A stretch of 64,000 bases of DNA from an uncultured Clostridia bacterium (GTDB lineage: Bacteria > Bacillota > Clostridia > Christensenellales > UBA1242): the NCBI GenBank assembly GCA_947591785.1, contig CANQDK010000002.1, positions 2,510 through 66,509 of the forward strand, in the 5' to 3' direction. Positions 59,201 to 64,000 of this stretch are shown here, in pieces. The position numbers were made by a program, and so were the translations under genes. Below the pieces are notes generated by a model. It saw only the letters and a list, made by a program, of their open reading frames with translations, was not told the DNA's origin and did not search any database. Within the stretch, counting starts at the first letter, position 1, and each line of letters begins with the position of its first letter.

Positions 59201-62200
59201 TTTACCGTAGCCACGAACAGATGAAAGAGCATAGTTTCCAAGATTATATTCGCCTGTTCCATCACCAGCAACATCTTCTGTGTTTGCAAGCATAAGGTTA
59301 ACACCAATGTTTTCACCTGCATGAACCGTGTCAAATGTTGCATAGATGTAGACCCCACTGAAGCCTTCCAAATCTTCAATTTGTTCACCTGTTGTGATGC
59401 TGTATTGTGCATAAAGAGTGTTGTCATAAACTTTTTGCAATTTATCAAGATTATCGCCAAACAATTCTTCAAGGACAATTTTCTTCTGCAAAATTTCAAA
59501 TCTGCAATTTTCTGCCATTGTCACATTTGCATAATAATTTGAAATGTTCTTTACATCAGCATAAGATTCATCTAATTCAAAAACATAAGAATAAAGTCCA
59601 CTGTTGATTGCAGGTTCAATTTTGTTTGACATAAAGAATTTTGCATCAATCGTATTGACAATTTGTCTCAAATAATCAAGAATTTTCTCGTTGGAGATTA
59701 CCGCATTTTGAGTTTCATCATAAAGTGAAATCTCAACAGTAAATGTTCCTGCAGTTGAACTGAATTGTAAAACAAATTTATCATCTTCGCCAACAGCGAC
59801 AGAAACAGAATATCCGCCCGATACAAAATCTTTTTGTAAAACATTATTTTCAACTTCTGTGTAGAACAAACGTAATGTTCCACTGTTTGTGATTGTGAAA
59901 ATTCCAATTGGAGTGTCGCTTTCGCTTGGAGCAAGAATCATTCCATCTTGGAAAATAACTTCTCCATCGAAAGTGATTTTGTAGTTCTTCATGAAATTTC
60001 TTTTACTTTCAATTCCTGTCAAGTAAAGGTTGTATTCACCAACATCTTCACCTTCATCTCTTCGGAATTTGAGTGACAAAGTTTCAAGGAAAGAGTCTCC
60101 CACTCTGACATCGTAAACAGACGCGAGTTCTTCTGGTTCTTCAGAATTAAATTTCTTTCCAAGAGAAATTTGGGTGTCAGATGTAAGAGCAATTTCATGT
60201 GGTGTAACTTTAAAGTAGAACGAATTTTCTTCTTTGACACCCTCCATGAATGTGAATTTTGCATCTTGGAATTTCAAGTCAATTCTATACGAACCAACAT
60301 TGACAATTTCGTCAGCTTTTTCTTCTTCCGCTTGATTATAAACAAGGAAGTAAATCGAACCAGTTGTTATGTATTTTAAATTAATTTCTTCGCCATTATT
60401 TCTGTCATAATCTTCATGTTCTTGACTGTAAACATAATACTTAACTGTAACATTAAACCAATCATCAAAAGGTGACTTCAAATAGTCTTGCCCATTAAAC
60501 TCCCCTTCCTGTGCATCTGGAACAATAATTTCATAGACTTCATTTTGTTTAAATTCCAATGTAAAGTCAACTTGTTCAGAAACTTCAAATTCATCAGGAC
60601 TTTGAAGAGAATTTCGATATTGCTCTTTTAAAGTTGCTGTTATAAGAATATAGTATGTTCCACTTTCATTTGCACTACCTTGTTCTTCCAAAGTCAAAAT
60701 TTCATCAGATGAAACAAGTTGTCCGCTTCCAGAAATATCACGTTTATACCAAGCATAAGTGTAGTCAAACAAATCATCGTTTTGATTTAAAAGATAAACA
60801 ACATCATCAATATTCAAACTTGAGAATGTGCCAACAGCACCTATAAATTCATCAAGATATTGAATATAATCTAATTCATCAAGTCTCCAAGTTGCTAAAA
60901 GAGTTATTGGTTTGAAAATCGCATCGCCATAGCCAACAAAAACACCATTTTCACCTTGGAAGAGCATCTCTGCATCATCTCCAGTGTCCTTTCCATTTCT
61001 CAAAATTTTCAAAGAAGTGCAAACAAGCCCTTTAACACTTGGAATTCTCAAATCAATGTTTGTTGAAACACCCAAAGAGAGCATGCTCACTTCTTCTGTG
61101 TCATACATTTGAAGATTGAGATTGTAAGTTACAAGAACAAAGTTGGTGTAAACTGCAAATCTATTTAAAATAGTCAAGCCTTCATTATTGAATTCTTCTT
61201 CAATCATCTCTTTTGTGTAAGTGAAAGTTGTTCCATCTTTTTCATACATTGCCATTGTTCCGTCAATGGTGTATATTGAATCACTTACCCATTTATAAAG
61301 TCCATAAAAACCATCATAAATAGTTTCATTATTTGCCCTAATCTTAACATTTTTGATAAAATTCTTGTTTACAATGACAGAGATTTCGTTTGCATCATTT
61401 GTGACAACTTCAAAAATGACAACACCATCTAAATCAGTGTAAGCACCACTTTTTGGAATATCCACACCTGAAACAGTTTTTTCTTCTTCGCCTTCTTTTT
61501 GATATGTCACACTTTCAACAGAAAGCAATCCTTGTTCTCTTTCTCCATCAATAGTTTTAAACACAGTGTCATAGCCATCAGAAGAAAGACTTCTTGTTCC
61601 AACATTAAGAAGTGCAACATCACCAGTTCCAAGGATAGTGTAAATGTCTTCTTCAGTCAAAACAACGCGGAACTGCCCTAAAATAGACTGTATTCTGTCA
61701 TTTACGAGATACCCAATATCAATTGTGTCAAAATACAGGAAATCATTATACTCAAAATCTTTTTCTCCACTATGGCAAGTTGTGAAAGCAAAGTTTGAAT
61801 CTTTCTCTGCAACACCTGCATTTGAAGTGTGAAGAACAGCATAAAGATAGAGTGCTCTTGTCTGATAAGTTTGCTCAAGTTTGTAATAAGTTTTTCCGTC
61901 AAAATCAACCTTTTCTCCAGTTGTGTTTGGAACAAAATTAACTTCTCTCTTTTCATATAAAGAAGAATAATAACTCTTCTTTTCAGATTCAGGAATATTG
62001 TTTGTTTTTGTCAAGACTTCTGGCAAAACAAATCCACAATCCTTGATTTCAACATACCTTCGTCCTGTTTCACTTTCAACAGCGAGATTGTAATTTTCAA
62101 GAACTCCATCGTTTGCTGTGAGATAGACTCTAAGATTTTGTATTGTGCTTTGGCTTGGATACAAATCAATTCCAACTTTCGTGTAGATAACAATTTCTTC

Positions 62201-64000
62201 AATCTTGACACTTTCTTCAATATTAACATTATTCACATTTGATACAACTTTGAAGAATTTGCCATAATCTGTCGAAATTTGTTTTCCAACATTTTCGTGA
62301 TTGAAATAATCGAAATAACTCAAAGCTTCTATCAAGCGTTCTTTTTCAGCGGCTCCTTCTCCTTGAGCAAATTCTTTAAAATCATTATATGTCCAAAGTT
62401 TGTATGTTCTATAAACACTACCATTATTAAACATAAGATAGAAATATTTAAGCATTATGTATTCATAGATTTGAGTTGGAGTTGCATCTGCAGCAATTTC
62501 TCTATCGCCAGTATTAAGTGAACGAATTACTCTTGCAAAATCTTGAAGTTCGCTTGTCTTTGAAATTTGTTCATAAATTTCACTATCAACAAAAGGTTTC
62601 ATTATCCTTGATGCATTGTAAATATAATATGTTTGATTAGTTTCATCTCTGACAACATTCAATTCCGCCAAAGTTAATATTCCTTGCAAATCAATTGATG
62701 CAGTCCACAAAGTTCCAAGATTAAGCAATTCAGCATTATCAGTCACAACAACAGAAAGTGTGACGATGCACTGCCCAACATTGAGCATAGAGAAACTATC
62801 TTTTTCAACACTGACATCTGTTGAACTTAAAGTCCAAGACAATGTTACATTATCAAACAAATTCTCATCAATTGATATGTTGAAAGTATTGTCATCAACA
62901 GAGATATTGAAACCATTTTCATTATAGTTTCCAATTGAAAAGTAGTCTGCCAAATAGAATTTCTGTTCAACACCCGAATATTCTTTTTGCTGAGCATTAT
63001 CAATAATTTCAAGCATAAATTGTGTTGTATCAAAAGTCCATCTGGCATAAATAACAACTGCTATATCACCTGTGAAAGCAAATGTTGGCAATGAGTTGTC
63101 AAAAGTTGTTGCATTTGTGACAGAATAGAGATTTATTCCCTCAAGGATATAGAATCCTGCAAAATTAAATCCATTTCTGGCTGGCTTTATTGCCTCAATT
63201 CCAATCTTATCACTATTGGATTTCAAATTTTCAAAAGTGTCGCCATAAGTGACAGTATAGTCCTTATATTCCATGTTTGCTTCTGCAACATCAACATCTT
63301 TTTCAGTCAAAGATGTTGCACCATTAAACATAATTCTTGCAACAAATTCAGCCGAACTCCAAATTGCGTAAACATTAAGGTTGCCATTAACAACATAGTT
63401 GCCAACTGCATCGAAATATTTATTGCTTGTAAACGCAGCACTTGTTCTGTTTAAATTTCCATCAACTGTAAACAAGAAATCACTTGTTTCATTCTTAATG
63501 ACACTCCAACCGATAAGTTCGTGTCCCAGATTTGTTAAATCTGTGCTTTTTGGAACTTTATCAACATCTGTAAATGGCAGTTCATAGAAGACATCAACAG
63601 ATTTTGCGGTTGTCCTATCCGAATAACTTCCACCATTACTATTGAAAATAATTTGGAATTTTTGATTGTTCCAATTGCGATAGAAAGAAAGTTCAAAACC
63701 TTGAGTCAACACGTCCATATTCAAGTTCAAATCAGAGCCATAAACAGATATTTCAACTGCACCATTCTTACAAGCCCAATAATATGTGTCTGGCAAAGTG
63801 TAGCCATCACGTGAAGCAAACAACTGTTCAACTGTCAACTCTTCTTCAAGAGGAACTATTATATTTAAATGAATATCTGTGCCAAAGGTTTGTGTTATTG
63901 TGTATTTATTTTCTGTTGTTATATCTCCATTAACATTACGAACAACACCATTTTTTCCATCTCCAAATTGATTTCTCTCTCCTGTTCCAGAGTAAAAATT
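50216..64000 (-). CDS. Giant (at least 4594 aa, 5' end outside window) adhesin-like surface protein with InlB B-type, YDG and MBG-like repeats and a C-terminal TM anchor
   Basis: The frame stays open for 54 more codons from 63838 to 64000. Motifs include TKEGYTFGGWF...LYAKW (Listeria-Bacteroides repeat), KFYDG/KAYDGT...D.V...F...G..A.NY (YDG), RRDEGEDVGEY/YIYG (MBG-like) and GEGTYKNPYKI...WTPIG...GLFG, then a TM helix plus RKKKKER. Confidence 0.9.
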   Translation of the reverse strand, partial: NFYSGTGERNQFGDGKNGVVRNVNGDITTENKYTITQTFGTDIHLNIIVPLEEELTVEQLFASRDGYTLPDTYYWACKNGAVEISVYGSDLNLNMDVLTQGFELSFYRNWNNQKFQIIFNSNGGSYSDRTTAKSVDVFYELPFTDVDKVPKSTDLTNLGHELIGWSVIKNETSDFLFTVDGNLNRTSAAFTSNKYFDAVGNYVVNGNLNVYAIWSSAEFVARIMFNGATSLTEKDVDVAEANMEYKDYTVTYGDTFENLKSNSDKIGIEAIKPARNGFNFAGFYILEGINLYSVTNATTFDNSLPTFAFTGDIAVVIYARWTFDTTQFMLEIIDNAQQKEYSGVEQKFYLADYFSIGNYNENGFNISVDDNTFNISIDENLFDNVTLSWTLSSTDVSVEKDSFSMLNVGQCIVTLSVVVTDNAELLNLGTLWTASIDLQGILTLAELNVVRDETNQTYYIYNASRIMKPFVDSEIYEQISKTSELQDFARVIRSLNTGDREIAADATPTQIYEYIMLKYFYLMFNNGSVYRTYKLWTYNDFKEFAQGEGAAEKERLIEALSYFDYFNHENVGKQISTDYGKFFKVVSNVNNVNIEESVKIEEIVIYTKVGIDLYPSQSTIQNLRVYLTANDGVLENYNLAVESETGRRYVEIKDCGFVLPEVLTKTNNIPESEKKSYYSSLYEKREVNFVPNTTGEKVDFDGKTYYKLEQTYQTRALYLYAVLHTSNAGVAEKDSNFAFTTCHSGEKDFEYNDFLYFDTIDIGYLVNDRIQSILGQFRVVLTEEDIYTILGTGDVALLNVGTRSLSSDGYDTVFKTIDGEREQGLLSVESVTYQKEGEEEKTVSGVDIPKSGAYTDLDGVVIFEVVTNDANEISVIVNKNFIKNVKIRANNETIYDGFYGLYKWVSDSIYTIDGTMAMYEKDGTTFTYTKEMIEEEFNNEGLTILNRFAVYTNFVLVTYNLNLQMYDTEEVSMLSLGVSTNIDLRIPSVKGLVCTSLKILRNGKDTGDDAEMLFQGENGVFVGYGDAIFKPITLLATWRLDELDYIQYLDEFIGAVGTFSSLNIDDVVYLLNQNDDLFDYTYAWYKRDISGSGQLVSSDEILTLEEQGSANESGTYYILITATLKEQYRNSLQSPDEFEVSEQVDFTLEFKQNEVYEIIVPDAQEGEFNGQDYLKSPFDDWFNVTVKYYVYSQEHEDYDRNNGEEINLKYITTGSIYFLVYNQAEEEKADEIVNVGSYRIDLKFQDAKFTFMEGVKEENSFYFKVTPHEIALTSDTQISLGKKFNSEEPEELASVYDVRVGDSFLETLSLKFRRDEGEDVGEYNLYLTGIESKRNFMKNYKITFDGEVIFQDGMILAPSESDTPIGIFTITNSGTLRLFYTEVENNVLQKDFVSGGYSVSVAVGEDDKFVLQFSSTAGTFTVEISLYDETQNAVISNEKILDYLRQIVNTIDAKFFMSNKIEPAINSGLYSYVFELDESYADVKNISNYYANVTMAENCRFEILQKKIVLEELFGDNLDKLQKVYDNTLYAQYSITTGEQIEDLEGFSGVYIYATFDTVHAGENIGVNLMLANTEDVAGDGTGEYNLGNYALSSVRGYGKILKRDAQLSLKMEDSYIYGQLSENQLRNEISILSLEDKNGDDVKGSMLVAGYYQLVYSIASFNGVSIKESKDTIYTNDNGNGTFLLKGEYTVLVNVSFEDFNITNATENVLNDYPAFSVTTKEINYMVRDGYISRTLRKAKEFESYAEQYIVAETGDELELIFVLTDDVDEFIAEEYYSISLLNGGEKTFKMDYVSGSISIQLISNSGLERNKGFYVMPAEETLFVKLVMPEDITYDGKFYGFVTENMILDSSQSKKLSLNEVDVAVSFVLMETDGSENEVAENEFVFSKFQIEIVGASEEDAGKVKNAGTYKLKLDASVADKSYGSVLFYDEYKLVIKKKVINVDDLEIKKFYDGRTDVEVNVDESFLAEGDSLTLSGQFSDPNVGDGKTLRFVGMQGNALANYELSASQTTGDIKPAQATITIDGDKLNYIYGDIKHIDDGNAYIGLNFVVYDTSNGTLESNKLPISENLYTLNISLSKTDGEGAIYSALGYLRTGTYTLTVTGAPKISGTVANYEFQSFERQIVVSPYEYQIVYKEDGEITVEYGSSLIQGDKYTYTLTEDKAPLAESLEIVLQRNDSSPEVGYYRIIGVECSNTDYSLSVNDKSVQGAFQIIKMQSSLIYVLFADGTNEATFEYDAKVYDQILIESKDVEAKTKYYLVVKNQATGDKKEFELAFFVKELENYVLYTGEVRDFVATGINFVAQNSSDKFINRVGSYLIYAGTTTSGTNEVRLGKSATETQFAFKLNVAQKKLYFKNEYKTLQEMFTNAPAIFSYSQDILEGIINDEQVGVQVTFLTSGKQPAVYVGEEPYSISAVLTGKDAGNYDISSCTTVDGVEVKGVITKAPVVINLDSDAMVFIYGDEIKPNLTYQFNSELTLFNIQSYMLARRFEIVYTIYGEKSLRSEKYIVGSHDIEIMLESDDFQLVGFIKNGERIELGKITDGLTIVERQLELEELEIPLANIFTKAYDGTTDLKIFADDMERELLFNITNKVENDDVTISNAEFASVSGDSIKINFTLSGDDANNYVEPNMFGRIISIKIHINFVNTESEAEYRLGGRELLSDVSYPLKNLQRLTDNAVSSEQKNEGSFPTQFVPATIPVGKEFLYWTMDFDFSDKGNASELKELLTNLKYQISGFTTIEDENEPNKIKVVVGNDAKTVTFLNLLVGDDSYRELGYSFKDKTGMEDEENKVDVTFTSVWETIKQNLRVYIVDENGDELVSGSGVVENRGTLTVEVPSLEINENNITEFNGKVEYGQSFSVTVSPANHFVLDSFYNGKSYLEAGENVVISGNKLTISNVSKDFTIYVRMRYQKVNVELELPEDATMKDGNFVKKAETEKNIYEWKTSYDNLEKYTLQDLAENIERDGYDIKGFDVNGTEYLFEVGGQEMDENLNKTLGELLSDLEDDAELTIKPVYDIITYTITYYTNEGVWVDEESVPKSYTTDKGVILPGEDSITKEGYTFGGWFTDFEFKEETLKAEIGIGEVGNISLYAKWNIIKSNIEITYQNLSISDVNFVLDEEPLGNLFVESEEGGKVVATDISYGTKVTFRMLVSEDFYHLDLEIWKTLETKYGEGFDVTFLNEAKSYVEISLTMPAENVSFEVIADYIKFKVSYNTELLSVVATDMTDDNQLAEISGSVDIIKGHKLKLVVTPDSGYEITNEIDFVGQTSGLTVSKVVENNVLTVEIEGISEDLAITFHINELPVEITLRFSDNKAVNSVKINEKTYFGEGLSALPKISAIAGSDFSTSIFVKYNFGYEFSTVSPTNCSAEKINVDKDGWVEILISGILKSGEVLISSKYVKFNISLVAVTFDSVGEEQVANNKAYFGTNTNLTKQEIDFLSDVTLTATNGEEGYDFAGWSLSRQSGHYISNAKSYSCTLTEELLTSASYDVESSSYIIYAIFTTKTVNINLDARLYYKLFEEYEADEPEKVEEVYSTMPALNFTNARGEKITSVAYNFGLDLNFNVEIPDGYLYRGYGYYKTEGDAQEFVLLGGETTSGSQISVEIKNGEFGVGVNTIYVVLIPRATQIQVNTIIEVEGFRELDLDVGKVQLTNNEGETVNKYGYVEGTLVHYEEYPTDNTKQFSIIAYTSSKVFIKVETERAGYTIDRVEAILSMQQEGVENPEVSKILEAADYSIFCIDKLIGGKYVYVTVVFKPLLNIIDLDFYNNGDKAEGGAFEVIPLLGNEHKVWTSGSDYSALSVLAYTDSHFDIVAYVRAGFTVDFNQVKGELKEYSIVDKNSIEYHELSIEETGYVGKVTFRINGGVEEFLGRNHIVITLGSSKYTVVFKNGDKTLARVENVSFNESINLSRLNSNNIHEDPSIKYVNGRLNLVQRKSGYVFMGYFTSQNGGGKQYIDYNGDVVGKWLENGYVYNKVTNLFEYSENLEIDDEGNFEISVYQYQSYQKTRINISIVPSESLNYTAQEIISGVDYTNSWYYEASPHYMEVSYNTDIYFTAPKINGYQFYKFVIKQRNGNGDWVADVESFAENLPWSTNNKDNYVECQVQIIYFAQVDIRIVGGEVEEIAIEQEPVTDSQGKTLLKKGFVMTGEKFTLTAKLKQGYTFLNWNILSDGGVTSLDNPLQMRAIVRRASLVLNLEGDKVTLGFNDYDTKFGQIREMYSQVINGENYSYVLGSGTGLAFVKERIRVDVRVGCDVTFALTVDEGYSVNWGERKDVSYLGYDKNINRHLFSLKITAEHANETNNAHEKVVEIVPIFENTSFAIYITNSFVDKDIIQDALDGNDVNVAGGALFNGEMTKFFSVSNKGQVAFDTVCNERYAISSVTISNMGQNFTDMSQFFTEDGKIILTREFIQANGIQGTIYVHIQFTRLLWENEFNDEEEILFKGEGTYKNPYKISSEKELAQMMALCNKGMSNSNEVKYNECYWVVVNDIDLGEEFWTPIGTREQFFNGYFNFNDHSISGIGLAMEYNPIRYNGLFGVIGSKATIILGKTSYWYLWLILIILLLLILIIVVLIVVNRKKKKEREKLSKQ

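Noticed and set aside
2690-63587. Numerous 60-170 aa ORFs overlapping or antisense to the long genes
   Set aside because: They are shadow frames of well-supported CDSs, with no SD, motifs or plausible composition.
1-64000. tRNA, rRNA, IS/transposase, integrase or prophage genes
   Set aside because: None recognised by eye. tRNAscan-SE, Infernal and ISEScan were not run, so small elements could be missed.

Overview
AT-rich chromosomal window from a spore-forming Bacillota, most likely Clostridia (inferred from spmAB, yaaT, a CsxA-like gene and hrcA/CIRCE). It carries core housekeeping clusters: rpmG-secE-nusG-rplK-rplA, argS, dnaX-ebfC-recR, pgk-tpiA, dusB, hrcA-grpE-dnaK-dnaJ, rplI, tatD-rsmA, spmAB, holB-yaaT-yabB, a P-type ATPase and uppP. 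Three giant surface proteins with C-terminal membrane anchors (about 2840 aa, 1491 aa and at least 4594 aa) take up about 42% of the window. No rRNA, tRNA, CRISPR array or IS element was recognised. The strongest signals are: (1) tandem paralogous membrane-anchored genes at the left edge, each with its own sigmaA promoter whose -35/-10 spacer holds a C9 tract (spacers of 16 and 17 bp), a candidate slipped-strand phase-variation array; (2) a cysteine hydrolase gene between dnaK and dnaJ frameshifted exactly at a G8 tract; (3) GrpE fused to a 22-Cys metallothionein-like N-terminal domain; (4) dnaX split at an A9 run, so full-length tau needs slippage; (5) an orphan KwaA (Kiwa)-like membrane protein; (6) a roughly 95-nt rod-like RNA hairpin after rplA; (7) several apparently leaderless genes and two small ORFs missed by the ORF track. 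Family assignments are from motif recognition by eye, not database searches.
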